A DNA stretch of 64,000 nucleotides from Octopus bimaculoides (GCF_001194135.2 NC_068999.1:17819572-17883571), one strand, 5' to 3'. Positions 25,070-38,287 are shown, numbered from the stretch's first letter. Notes: generated by a model from the sequence alone, not told the origin. Numbers and translations are program-made.

Positions 25070-25227
25070 TGTTGTGGGTAGGTAGGATAGTCGATTGCAT
25101 CGAACCCAGTAATCAACAAGAACGTACTTTATCGACCACGAACGTACGAAGGGCAACAATGACCACGGCAGGATTTGAACTCCACTTTGGCTCGTCGTGC
25201 TAATGGCTCTGCCAGTTCAACGCCTTA
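25070..25227 (-). mobile_element. Family-A SINE, degenerate, internally deleted
   Basis: gtcgattgcatcgaacccagt...ttatcgacc...ggatttgaactc...gtgctaatggctctgccagttcaacgcctt. Confidence 0.75.
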
Positions 25228-25484
25228 ATAACAGTTGAAAAAAAAAAAATCATCAGCAGATGACTTTGGAAAATCATTGCACGTATTTCGCTGTTTAGGT
25301 AGGTTTGCAGGTAAATTCGTGGGAAATGTATTAGACATTCCTCATAATGAAAAGAATGCACATACTAAGCATTTACATTATCCCTTTATCATATTATCTA
25401 TCCATATATATATATATATACATACATACATACATACAATATATATATATATATTTATAAATACACCAACATATATACACACAC

Positions 25485-25521
<37 letters not shown>

Positions 25522-26559
25522 NNNNNNNNNNNNNNNNNNNNNNNNNNNNNNNNNNNNNNNNNNNNNNNNNNNNNNNNNNNNNNNNNNNNNNNNNNNNNNN
25601 NNNNNNNNNNNNNNNNNNNNNNNNNNNNNNNNNNNNNNNNNNNNNNNNNNNNNNNNNNNNNNNNNNNNNNNNNNNNNNNNNNNNNNNNNNNNNNNNNNNN
25701 NNNNNNNNNNNNNNNNNNNNNNNNNNNNNNNNNNNNNNNNNNNNNNNNNNNNNNNNNNNNNNNNNNNNNNNNNNNNNNNNNNNNATATATATATATATAC
25801 ACAGACACGCTCACATACCCCCTCATAATACATCAACTCATGTACACACAGAATATTGAATATTTGTGTAATCCCATAGACTACGGTGGTGCACTACACA
25901 AATGCATCCCCATCAGCTTATTTTAGTGCAGTGACGAGCGTTTGCTTCTTGAGAACTCCATTTGCATACCCAACATAACAGATGATCATAAAGATTAAAA
26001 CGTAGTTCGTGTTTACAAATGCATTTGTTTGTAGTCTTTAATATTCGTTGTTGTTCGTGATCAGGATTCCTTTTAAATCGCGGCTCCATTTTATAACGTT
26101 ATTACTGCTGATGTTTTATTTAACACAATACATAGTTTTCTGTTTCGTTTCATCATTATTGCCTCACAGTAAATCTCAATTATTAACACCAACATGTGGT
26201 GCTTGTGCAACTAAGTCATAATTTGCAGCAGCATAATTCGCTCAAGTAGCGAGTTGTTAGACGAAAGGTTAACGTAGGTCACAGGGTTGTCTGGCATTTC
26301 GAGGTGAGAATTTTTCTGGTACTGTTTTAATGATATGTAATCATTTATATCTGTGATTTCTTTGAAGATGGCTTGGCAGAAGTAGTAATGGTAGAGATTA
26401 TAATCCATATATCACTGTAGTGTAATGCCAGCTTCGTTTATATAGTTAAACACTGACACTAGGTCTAGCTTTTGGTTATTTAAAAGATACGAGAATCGAC
26501 TGGACAATGTTGATGGAATGTATACATGAGACAGGAGAGAGACCACATGTGGTCACGAA

Positions 26560-26872
26560 TGACCAAAAGATTGCACCTAGAAAGTTCCACCTCTAGGAAC
26601 AATTCCTGACAAGCTTGTTTGTGGAAGATCAGAAGTTGCCCAAGCATGCCAGCCTCCCCTCTTCCCACCACTGATGTTATCCAAAAGAAAGGAAAAGGCC
26701 GATACAGCTTGGTACCAGTGATGCCGTAATTCATTTTTATGGCGGAGTGCATTGGAGCAACGTGAAATAGTGCCTTCCTCAAGAACACATCTCACATCTC
26801 GGTGCAGGAATCTATCTCACGTCATTATGATTGTAAGCCCGACGCTCTAGCTAGTTAGCTATACATCTTCAC
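26560..26872 (-). mobile_element. Family-C tRNA-derived SINE relic
   Basis: ggagcaacgtgaaatagtgccttcctcaagaacaca...tgattgtaagcc...cttcac resembles 34140-34330 and 56060-56170; left boundary approximate. Confidence 0.55.
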
Positions 26873-29249
26873 CATTATACATGCACATACATATTATAAT
26901 TGTTCAATCCTCGTGACGTTTTGCCTGATATTAAGAGACCTCTACTAGCCGAGGCATTCAAATGAAAGCAAAAATGAAAGTTAGCAAACTTAAAGGCGGA
27001 TGAATTTTGGATCTAGACTCGAATATCGTAATGATTAAGTTGCACATTTTGTAGAATACGGCAAATCATTTTTCTTTCTTTTACTCCAAAATTTATTTAA
27101 ATCCTAGTCTGTATTATTTCACACTGTATTTTTTTTTTTACCCATGAAAGTATTCCAATAAAAAATTACTTTGAATTTACTCATAATTTTCCTCGTTTAG
27201 CAGAATTTTCTATATATTTGATTATATGTCCAATGCCAATTATGTAAACAATAACAAAGTATACTCGAAACACTATTCTGAGACACACCACAATAGAGTA
27301 CTCATATTTCCGTTACATTTCAGTTTATTTGTAGATTTCAGGATCGCATAACTGATGAAATATTCATCGAAATACACTTGAGACTCATTGACGTTTAATA
27401 CACTTAAGTACAAATACAAGTTTGTGTACATGCTGCATAATAGAAAAGAAATGTGCCTTTAAAACTGTGCGCGTATATTTTTGTCAATAAAGACTTAGCT
27501 CGAACATTTTAAAGACGGATAGGAGGTGTTTTAGTGTCTTTGATTTAGCTGTAGTCAAATGACATAGAAGAAATGTATGTCGATTACAAAGACAGAGCCA
27601 AAAGAATGGCAGAAAACACGTCTGTTTCAGCACGGAAAAACAATTGAACGACCTGCCATGAGATCTAGTGACAAGCTGTGAACGAAAAACGACAGCTAGA
27701 ATAAAAATTTGAACAATTCAAACGATATTGTCAAAGCCGGACAAAACAAAGAACCGAACAAAAAATTCAGAACAGCAGTCCAATAAGAAAAGAACAAAAT
27801 AAAGCTAAAAAGATTAAATACATTTCGAATGTGACTTCAATAATAAGAATAATCACAACTTCTGCAAGCCAATTAATCAAAAGAACGAATGAAGAAAAAT
27901 ATAGTTCTATAGCAAATGAATAAAATATCATGCATGCGGTATAGCATTTCGAAAGAGAACTCAAAACTAAATTCCCCCAAAATTCTGCACGCATATCAGA
28001 ATCCCCGAATGCTTCATCTAGTGCATATTACTCATCAAAAGATAAAAGAAGAAATAGACAAACAAGGAATGTAATAAAAATACATGAACGTCAAGTTACT
28101 GATCATATCATTGGCGCAGTACGAAACGCGGCAACACATAACGTCAATTTTACACTTAACATCCAACACATTATGGAAATAGAAAAATAAAGAAAACGTG
28201 AAATTGGATGCTTGTGCTGCTTCAATTAAAAATCAACAAACAACACCCAGATACTTCTCCGGGACTTCTAAGTTATTGATATCTGGAAATTTAGGCAAGT
28301 GATTGATCTGTAATCGTGTGTTAATACTATAACAATGGGGGAGACGCTTAGTAGTCATTCGAAAACACACACACAAAAAAAAAAAAAATTAGCTTAAACA
28401 CTGAAGTACTCGTTTATCTAAGATAAAATTATATGATGCTCCACAGAATTTTTTCTTGAATTTGCTTGGAAAACAAGCTCATACTGGTATCAATCAAAAT
28501 TTTAGTAAAACAAAATTGGCTTAAAGTTTTAAATTCTTTAAAATACGTAGCACACTGAGGAGCTTACAGGATGGTAGATACGTTAGTGTGCATCACACCA
28601 TTATATACCTACTTTCGACTTAGATGTTAGGAACATGAATTTTAATAACGGAAGATACACACTGGCTCGAAGTTTGCGAGGTGTTGCTTTACGGGCTATA
28701 GCACAGATTTCATTGATGAAAGAGGCAGAAAACGTATTTCATAAGGAATGCACTTTGTTCGATAGATTCGATTACCTGGTTACTAATGCGAAATAAATGT
28801 CTTGCTCGTGTTCTATGAGAAGAATAGTAAATATTTTATTCTTATGTATAACGGCCCCATAGTAAACTAGTTAAGAACCGAACTCCTCCTATCCGTCAAG
28901 AACACGATGAAACGTTGTGTGGCATCATTGAGCAAAAGACTGAACTAATAAAGCGAAAAAGAATGTGCGTGCGTGTGTGTGGTTCGACTTGAGATCAAGT
29001 GATCTAAGTGAGACATGATCGGATCTAATGCAGGCAAATCCTTACGAATCCATCTCAGCACTTCTGCCACAATCAACTAAATCGATGAAAATGCCAATGA
29101 AGGTAAGAAAAATTCATACGTAGGTGCTTTTTGACAATCCTGCATTTGCTTACGATATTTCGGTGACGTTTTAAAAATTTCTATATTTTTCAGATGACGA
29201 ATTATGAACATTATTTACAATGGACCGGTGTCCTCATCTTGTTTGTTAT

Positions 29250-29590
29250 TATCACTGCGTTTCGGCTGATGTGCTCTCCAGCCTTCATGGGGTTTCTGGT
29301 GAAATTTGAAACCTAACCCTTCATTTGACTAATGGGGTACACTGTTCTCATTCCTGAGGCATGCTGCTGATGTTAGTTTTCTGTTATTAATTTTCAAGTC
29401 CCTGCCTGAGCTTGAACTAATAATCTGAAGGTTAGTAGCCTGTGCTTTTATCCACTACGCTATATGCTTGTGGGCAATTATAGAGTGTATTTTAGGGCTA
29501 CTAAACCTCAGATTCTAAGTTCAATCCCAGGCATGGAGTTGAAAAATATTATCAGCAACATGCCTTAGGAATGAAAACAAGGTACCCCGG
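29250..29590. mobile_element. Palindromic element: inverted arms with back-to-back tRNA-like heads plus degenerate hammerhead
   Basis: 29334-29467 is an imperfect reverse complement of 29474-29588; minus head has A-box TAGCGTAGTGG, plus head has B-box GTTCAATCC; hammerhead relic at 29257-29292 on the minus strand. Confidence 0.75.
29257..29292 (-). ncRNA. Degenerate hammerhead ribozyme relic
   Basis: Minus strand reads CCAUGA-A-GGCUG-(10-nt loop)-CAGCC-GAAACGCA: perfect 5-bp stem II, AUGA and GAAAC intact; CUG and the NUH cleavage triplet are altered, so this copy is presumably inactive. Confidence 0.55.
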
Positions 29591-30661
29591 CTTTTTAAAT
29601 TTAGCGTTTTTATGTCTCATGAATCAACACGAGAAACTACTCCAGCGGTTTAAACCTACAAGAAAATAAAGGAATTACACGTGGCCATTTAACCTCCTAA
29701 ATGTTCATAACATATTAAACAAGTGTTTTTAATTCCATAAGGTAGTGCTAAATGAAGAATGGTTGAAGTAATAGCGAATAATCGCTTCAACATCTTTGAA
29801 ATCTCCTTTCCTGATTTCGTCTTTCATATATGAAAATGTCAGTGCCATAAGCCCATAAAACAACTTGGACTCACCCATTAACTGTTGCAAAGAAAGGAAA
29901 GTGTACGTTACCTTCTAAAAGACAGCTATTTTGTTTGGTTGATAGATCAGCAGTGGTCACTTTTCTGGAATCGTTAAAAGATGTTAATTCCTATTCTTTC
30001 GTCAGAAATGTTTATGTAGAATAAAGATAACTGATCTTTTCGATTAAAAAAAATCATATAGGCTAGTTGCCTTTTAGAAATCAGAGAGAAGAGAGAGAGA
30101 GAGAGAGCAATAGATAGAAGGAGAGAGAAGAGAAAGACAGAGAGAAAGAAAAAAAAGAGAGAAAGTGAATGTGCATTCGCCTATCTTTTATTAAGACACA
30201 TAAAGCTTTTGATATATTGCTGCTAATATTATTTCTCTTAACATTTAACACGTTCTTTAAAACTTGTTTCTTATATTAACTGAGACTGTTGTCATGCCGA
30301 AGGCGTATTATACAGTTGAAGCTTAATGTGTGAGCGTGAACATATGTGAATGTGTGAATATAGCAGAGATTCGTTTCTATGAACAAAGATATATTAATCA
30401 TGAAGTTCAATTAATAATCAGTTGTGGCTTCTGTTAAAGACCAAGGTGTTGCGTTGCGCCCTTAAGCATCGCGTTCCAATTTCTTGTTACTTGACTCCAT
30501 TCTCTCCAGCTGAAACAGGTGCCAGATATCTCTTAGTACATTTGGCCACATTTTAATCCCGAAATATTTTGTGAGGCCACAAAGGAGGGCGGGTGTTTAT
30601 ATTTGCTCTTGATTACGTATACAACTAAATGAACTATTGAAATCTTGCGATGGCAGTGATA

Positions 30662-30896
30662 TCTTATTTCTTTATTGCTCCCAAGGGGCTAAACATAGAG
30701 GGGACAAACAAGGACAGACAAAGGGATTAAGTCGATCACATCGACTCTAGCGCATAACTGGTACTTAATTTATAGATTACGAAAGGATGAAAGGCAAAGT
30801 CGACCTCGGCGGAATTTGAACTCAGAACGTAACGGCAGACGAAATATCGCTAAGCATTTCGCCCGGCGTACTAACGTTTCTGCCAGCTCGCCGCCT
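30662..30896 (-). mobile_element. Family-A SINE, full length, alternative 3' tail
   Basis: Head and core as other family-A copies but tail reads ...TTGTCTGTCCTTGTTTGTCCCCTCTATGTTTAGCCCCTTGGGAGCAATAAAGAAATAAGA. Confidence 0.9.
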
Positions 30897-31518
30897 GTGA
30901 TATCTTTGCTTTACAAGGGTTCGTAAGTTATATTAAAACCTTTCTCAACATTAATATCAATAATGTCAGTAGATAAAATGGGTTACTGTTTAAAGTTTTA
31001 CAATATAATGATCGCATATTACGCAATTGTGTAATGAAATGCGTTAAGCTCAAACTCTAAAAGATATTGAATTTACCATATGAAATCTACTTGCGATGTT
31101 CTGTGTTCACTATTTATCTTTATTTAGTGACGTATATAATCAAATATGGAACAAATGTTCTTCAGAACAGCCTTATTAAATATAACATAAAACAGTATTA
31201 TGTCACGCAGAAACTTAATATACAGTCATTCATGTCCCGCAATGCCGCCTATATATTTCCTGTGTTATTGTTTCTCCAATAATAGTGATTTATCACAAAA
31301 GTTAAAGATATCGATTTTAAGGAAATGTTTTTCCATTGAGTTCGTTGGATGTAAGTAAATTTAACTTCGGTGGAATTTGAACTCAAGACAGAGTGCATGC
31401 AATACTTTGTTCATGCAAAGCTTTGTTCATATCTCCAACAATCAACAACAAATACGAGCAATGATTGTAATAAAAACATTTTGTAATTAAAATGAATGTT
31501 GATGATTGTGATAGTTCT

Positions 31519-31708
31519 AAGGAAGCGAGCTGGGAAAATCGTTTGCATGCCAAGCAATATGCGTAGCGACATTTCGTCCGTCTTTGTGTTCTGAGTTCAA
31601 ATTCCGCTGAGGTCTACCATTACTTTTATCATTTCAGGGTCGATAAAATAATTCCTAATTGAGAATTGAGGTCGAGGTAATCGTAATTTCCACCCTCTCT
31701 CGAAATTG
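31519..31708 (+). mobile_element. Family-A SINE, degenerate
   Basis: aaggaagcgagctgggaaaatcgtt...gttctgagttcaaattccgctgaggtc...gggtcgataaaat. Confidence 0.85.
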
Positions 31709-32559
31709 ATGATTATGATGGTTATAAAAATATTGCTTTGCATTTTTAGGTACAAATAACTTACACATTTAACTACCGACCATTTTTAACACTTACTCCA
31801 TGAGTAACTGGCAAGCGTTAAAGGAAAATTGACGGTGATGAAGGACCGAGGAGATATTCACGGAAAGAACATTTCTAAGAGCTACAAAATGCAATTTATT
31901 CAGTAGTAGTAATAGTAGTAAACAGGTATTCCGAACTTGAAGATACACTCATTACTATCACGAATTTCGTAAAAATAAACAAATACACACATCTTAATAA
32001 AAATCTCAATCAAAATGTTACTAGATGAATTAGAAACATAACTGGCATTTGTCATCTGATATAAAAGATTTGTTAGGCATCATTTAAAGAAAGTTTTCTC
32101 CAATATACAGACACGAGAAAGCTATATTTTTAATTTTACAGAAATGTGGCTGTTGTCCGTGTATAGAAGTCTTCACTTTCTAGAATACGGATGTCATCCA
32201 AGAGAATACAATACTGATACACAATAGTATCACAGTCGTCGCTGGTTTTAAGTTAAAGCGCAGAGAGCTGACACCAGTATTGCAAGGCATCCTTCTATCT
32301 ATTCAACAGATACGACAAACCACCACATCGAATTTGTAATATTATTAGACAACGAATTGAAACAGAAAAAACCAAAAAAACTTTTAATTTTGTGGGATTT
32401 GAACTCAGCGTCAGATATCGTAACGTATTGTATTCTATCCAACGTGCATATGACCGAACCAATTCCCGTCTTAAATAATAAAAATAAAAGAATAGAAATT
32501 TGAAGCCACAGAAACAATTTATCAATCTGTTATCAAAAGCATTCGGGATACATCGCTTC

Positions 32560-33100
32560 GAAAAGTGTATGCGCTTCTGGCAAGAGAATATGTGATTACA
32601 ATCGAATACTGAAAGACTTTACAGACATCCATTTTAATAAAACTCTGGATGACACACGAACATCAAAGGCTGTTTTAGCCATAGTGTTTGCGTGGAGAAA
32701 GGGGTCTTCCGACTCAATCAAAAATCACAATGGATCAGAAGGTAGAAGGATAAGAAAAATGCAATATCAGTGCTAACATGATAACTATCATGACTTCACC
32801 AAAGGCGATAAAAGATTCAATCAAATGGAAATCATGGAGGATTGTCAGTGTCAGCAATTTCTGGTTGAAGCACCAAACAGTATTCATTAATCTCTGGAAA
32901 GAACATTCAATGAATTAGTAAACAAACCAGAATTCCGTGAACAGTTACAAAGAGAGAAAGAATATTGATTCCACAAAAAAATATAAACAGCACATAAAAC
33001 ATGAGATACCACTGCAGCTACAGGTCTATAATGTGTTTGCCAACAACATGTCACATTCTCACATTCCTGTGTCCTGAAGGAATGGCTTCTGGCGGGGAAA
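32560..33100 (+). mobile_element. Possible very old LINE ORF2 remnant
   Basis: A/G-rich decayed coding-like sequence with only weak resemblance to linker motifs upstream of RT; no clear catalytic motif. Confidence 0.25.
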
Positions 33101-34139
33101 TCAATTACATTTTACCATAGAAAAACAAAGGAAACAGGTAATGAACGCATGTGGCGTAACTAGGGAATCATGCAATTATAAAGAGACAAACATTAAAAAA
33201 AAAATTAAACCAGATTGTATGAAGTCATTTGTGAACATACCTTGTGTTATATACAGGAATAACTGTATATCAATTAACCAACTCCAAGATTTCACATCAA
33301 TCTTGCTAAGAAAATACATAGACAAACATATGAATACATCATAACTCAAAGTAGATGATAAAAATCGGCCAAGTACTCATAAGTAAATAAATCTTGCATG
33401 GACTCGCCTTATGTTATTCTTGCCTACGTAGGTTTGATCACGTTAAAAAAACTGTATTACCCACCAATCATTAGACTGTGATTGGCAAACTATGTATTAG
33501 TAGTTCAAATCCTACCATGGAATAGTTGAATGCTCGGTCGTTCTGTTTCATTTTACTCCCTGGTTCTTGGTGGGCTTGTTGTAGAATCTGTCCGATTTCA
33601 AATATTGAAGTAAGCACACCGAGTTTTTTCACTTACCAAAGAAAGTAGTCAATTGGAGAAATCACTGAACATTGTTCCTGAATTGAACTAGGATATAAAA
33701 GTCGGTATATGTCTGCACAAATGGAGCGAAGCTGCTTGAGGAAGATACTTAATTTTTAAAATTGCGAACATTACATTTTATCCACTCGCAAAAAAAAAAA
33801 ATATATATAAGGACTTTAATTAGATACAATACAAAATGAATGACATTAGAAATTACTACGACAGGAATATCACAGTAATAAAAAAGAAAATAAATAGTAC
33901 TAACAAAAGGACAATGTTTATAAATTCATGCCACATCGGTAATAACACGCAGCTTCAACATATTGAATTGCAAATGAAGAGAATGGAAAAATATAAGTAA
34001 GAAAATTGGATAGCTTCGGAGAACATTTCAAAATACACAATCCCAATCATTTTCGAACTTCCAAGTGGCTGTGCAACCAAACCCCAACCATTTGGTTGTA
34101 GCATTCATTGTTTCGATCAGTGAATCCAAAACATTGCCT

Positions 34140-34330
34140 GCGAAACCTCCGTTCAGGTGATTTCCGTGAGTCAACGTCTTGGTCATGTGCACGAATCCGT
34201 CTCAAGGTTACCCATTTACAGGAGAGAGAACTAGAGAAATGTGAAATAAGGAGATTTGCTGCAGAACAAAATGCACAGCTAGTCTAGAAATCGAAACCAC
34301 GAATCACGCAATCGTAAGTGCAGTACCCTT
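34140..34330 (-). mobile_element. Family-C SINE relic
   Basis: gaaatgtgaaataaggagatttgctgcagaacaaaatgcac...gaaatcgaaaccacgaatcacgcaatcgtaagtgcagtacc. Confidence 0.55.
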
Positions 34331-34689
34331 CTGCTTCTCTTATTAAAATCTACGTGCTTGTATATTTGAGTGTGGTATTTTTTAGTTCTATGTCATCCCA
34401 AACAAATAAAGCCTATGATCTTAAGTTTTCCATCAACGATACGTTTATATGTAGTACTGCATTAACCGTTCAGGTTTTTTAAGAGAAGGAATATAAAGAA
34501 GACAGTCATAAGATAAAGAGAGGGAGTTGATGCAATTAAAAGACAATTAAATGGAACAATATTTGTTCTTGTAAAATAATTAGTAACAAGCTAATTGATA
34601 CTAATTAACGTATTTAGAACAATGAACAAAATAAAATCATTTCTCTGCGAACAAAGAAACACGATATTCACCGAACGAATTCTTAGATA

Positions 34690-35110
34690 ATAACAAAAAG
34701 ACAAAGGAATGAGTTTAAAAAATGCAGGAGACAAAATCAAAATGGAATTCCAAAATATACTAAAGACACTCTTGAGACGAAACAACTCCATGGCCAATAT
34801 CCTGTAAGACTCAGAATAGAGGAAATAAGTCAGCATGAAATCTAACTTACACTGAGATGCTATGGACTAAAAGCAGAAACGGATGATCAGATGATAGCAG
34901 CACATGATCAATGTCTTGCTACGAATAGAAAAAAAAATATCTGGATAAACAATACAGAGTAACAAGACACGAACGTCAAGTGCAAATATTGAAATTAATA
35001 GTACAAAACAATTGACCAAATTATTTCTAGCTTTGTTGAACTCTCAAAATATATATGTAGGTACGATTCAGTCGGCAGCTATGCAGACTAGGCCCAATGC
35101 TAACGCGTTG
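34690..35110 (+). mobile_element. R4/Dong-type non-LTR retrotransposon fragment (post-RT region)
   Basis: Translation KQLHGQYPVR...GLKAETDDQMIAAHDQCLATN, then decayed CCHC region (VKCKY...KTIDQIISS...RYDSVG); same region as seen at 58620-58990. Confidence 0.75.
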
Positions 35111-35876
35111 CTCGGCTTGTATCTATATAATAACTGGTATAATTGTGATGAAGTTCAAAATACTTTATATTATAAACAATCTATTATAATTGGGAAAAAA
35201 TGTAAACAACAAAAACTAGACTGATAACCAGACTAGGGCTAACAGCTCAGATATAATTTTTAATAACTTGACAACTATCTCTGTAATTTGAGAGAAATCT
35301 TATTCTTTGCAGATCAAATTGTCACCTAGAAAAATATCAAGACACCATTATAATACAATGAGACTGAAATGGAAATGTGTTTATGAATAAAGAAAAAAAA
35401 AATCACTAGGCGCAGTCGTAGCTCTGTGGTAAGAAGTTTCCTTCCCTCACTATTGTGTGGACGTGTGTGTTCTTCTTTGCTGCTAGAGTCACGTCTTCGT
35501 ATACCAACGTCGTGAATTATTGAAGCACAACTATCAGGTAAGACATTTGATTCCGTGCGGGTTTCTTGCTTGTATTTATTTAATTTTGTCGAACAAGAAA
35601 TCTCCACTGAGTTCCTGGCAAATTGTCTCCCTGTGGTTGTGTGTAAAGTCTCACTTAGTGTTTTGGGGACGTATCCCTCCTAAAATTGTGCTATATTTTG
35701 TGACTGTTTTGTTCCCTTGCCAGGAGGATTACCAAGTTGGCCAGGAGTACCAAGACGGCCAGAAGAATTTGCTGTGTCTTTTAAAACTGTTTCTCGTCTT
35801 CTTCCTTCTTTCCTGTATTTTTGTCTTTTTGAACTCTGAACTTTTGTTTTTTTGTGAAATTTTTCAAATAAGAAAC

Positions 35877-36230
35877 ATGGCAAAGAAGATAAATAACACT
35901 GCGTTGGAGTGGGAGATTGTCCCACTCAAACAGTGGGTGAAAGAATTTGAAGAGAGGACGGTGGTGCTGCGAACGTACTCCAAGTCGCTCAACGCCATCG
36001 CCCTCTTTCAAAAGACTGAAATTGAGAAAGATTTGGCAGAATATTTGCCAACTATTAAATTCATCTCCAAGGGTATCAAATATGCAAAGCTGTGGTTGCT
36101 GTTTGACACCCCTGAGGAAGCTCCCAAATTTACTAGCTAGCCCTTGGAGGGCAAAGAGATTTTGCTTCTTCCCACGTATTGTGGGAAGGAGTTTACATCA
36201 AAAAAACTGTCACTAAGACCAGAGTAGTGT
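35877..36230 (+). pseudogene. LINE ORF1 (gag-like, RRM region) relic 1
   Basis: ATG at 35877: MAKKINNT...IEKDLAEYLPTIKFISKGIKYAKLWLLFDTPEEAPKFTS*PLEGKEILLLPTYCG; aligns by eye to relics at 36765 and 50846. Confidence 0.7.
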
Positions 36231-36764
36231 CCTGGAGCAGTTGGTTGTGGAAAAGCTCCCATCCCCCTCCGGAAGGAGAGATAGAGGTAGGCCAGGAGGG
36301 AGAGTCTACCCCCGGAAAAAAAGGGAGCAAAAGGAAGATCGGGGAGGTAGAGTGAGAGGTCTTGGCGCCTCGATTGATTTAGAACTTTTGGACTAATGTA
36401 AGAGGTTTATTATCTCATTGGTGTTTAACAAAAAAAGAAGAAAAAAAACAGTTTACTCGAGGGGCATCGATCGGCGGCGTCGTTTGCTTCTGTCATCAAT
36501 ATTCTTATTTTGCTCAGCATTCATTTCATTTGTGTTGTTGTCCAGCCCGCATTTGCTTCTATATTTGTAATGCTTTTATGGCAAATTTGATGAAATACAG
36601 AAGCTTGCTTCCGCACATGCGTCACACAGACTGCATTTGGTTTGTCGCTTTTGTGCGAGTCGGACGTTTTTCGTGCTGCTTTGAAGGTAGAGACGATGTA
36701 CTGAGACTTTAGCGGGTCGGAGTTGTCTTCAGTCGAGGAGGAGCTGGTAAGGGCGGTCATAAAG

Positions 36765-37170
36765 ATGGACGGAGTATTGGAGAAGACAAAGAGTTTTGCT
36801 GAGGCCTCAGATATGAAGCGAAGGCAGCTGGACTCAGCTGGTTGGAATGAGTATTAACAGATGGTGCAGAAGGTGGGAGGTGACGTGAGGTTGTCGCCCC
36901 TCAAAGAAATTATGGAGCGGATGGAGAGGAAACCGATCACCTATAAGGTGTTCTCGCTAAAAGGAAAACGGCTGAGTAGGTGGAAGTTGAAACGGAAAAG
37001 GCGCTAAGGAAGTGGTTAAAAGAAGTGACGTATATAACCAAAGGAAGGAGATATGGGAAGATGGTCGTTCAATTTAGGACAGTAGAGGAGGGGACAGCTG
37101 GAGAGTTTGGCAAAGACGGTAACGTTGGGGGAAATTGTGCTGAGAGTGTGGGTAGAGTGTAGAATACCAT
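36765..37170 (+). pseudogene. LINE ORF1 relic 2
   Basis: MDGVLEKTKSFAEA...EY*QMVQKVGGDVRLSPLKEIMER...YKVFSLKGKR, frameshift, ETEKALRKWLKEVTYITKGRRYGKMVVQF; colinear with the N-terminus of relic 3. Confidence 0.72.
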
Positions 37171-37749
37171 GTTGTTTTAATTGTAGCCACATTAGAGCAT
37201 ACTGCCCTCTACAGAGAACAATAGTATAGGAAACAGTTGTGGAGATGGAAAAGATAGGAACAAATGACAGACGGAGGAAAAGGAGGAAGAATGGAGATAA
37301 GAGAGCGTAGAAGGAAGACAGAAAAAGGAAAGAACACTGAGTAGCACATCGTCATAATATGATTTTCAGATATCATTCATGGTGTATTTTAATTTGTTTT
37401 TCATCTTTATTGCCATGTGTCATTCATTATATCATATTTTATTTTTATATTTTTAATTGTTATAGGACATTTTCAATCCAGATGCAGCACAAATAACGTT
37501 ATCATTCTTACTTAGCATAAACTCTCCAGTTTTGAGAATATGTGTATTTGGTTTTCTGACTTCAGTACTAGACGGCTACTTTATTTTAACCAACATAGAT
37601 GAATAAAAAGCAAAGTTAACCTCGCTAGAATCTGAAGTTTTAATTTATTGTAGGTAAAGTCAGTATATGTCTGTGCTGAATAAAATTACCCATTGTAAAT
37701 GGGGAAACGTATAAGGAGCAAACCATCACTACTAGACTAGATATATTGG

Positions 37750-37961
37750 TTTCAAAATTCTGCACAAGGCCAGTAGTTCAGGGAGAGAGGATAAGTTGAT
37801 TGGATCGATCCCACTACTATACCAATACTTATTATATCGACACCGAAATAATGAATGACAAAGTCGATGTCGGCAAAATTTGTACTCAAAGCGAAAATAA
37901 AGACGAAATTCCGCTAAGCAATTTACCCGGCGGGATAACTCTTCAGTTAGTTCACCGTCTT
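37750..37961 (-). mobile_element. Family-A SINE, degenerate full length
   Basis: gcacaaggcc...gatcgatccc...tatcgacaccgaa...aaagtcgatgtcggc...gacgaaattccgctaagca. Confidence 0.8.
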
Positions 37962-38234
37962 TTCAGCTGGGTATATTGAGAAGAATATACACCAAACATT
38001 GGTGCATAAAAGAAGAAATGCCATGCTAGCTGTGGGTTTCGGTTTTTATACAATGCTCTTCATAAAATCATCAGTTTTACAGCCTAAATCCAGGAATATG
38101 TGTGCAAACTATAATTTGAGGAATCTGAACGGTAAACCTAGACATTCAATTTTAAATGCATCAGAACAATATCATGTGATACTCCAATATATCTCTACCT
38201 GTCTAAAAGAAAGAAGTTCAGTTATGACGGAATA

Positions 38235-38287
<53 letters not shown>

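Noticed and set aside
29390-29535. tRNA genes
   Set aside because: A/B boxes and an anticodon-like loop are present but no complete cloverleaf; these and other tRNA-like segments are SINE heads.
35520-35876. N-terminal 119 aa of the 206-aa ORF
   Set aside because: TTG-initiated, pyrimidine-rich F/L/C-biased leader; ORF1-like sequence begins at ATG 35877.
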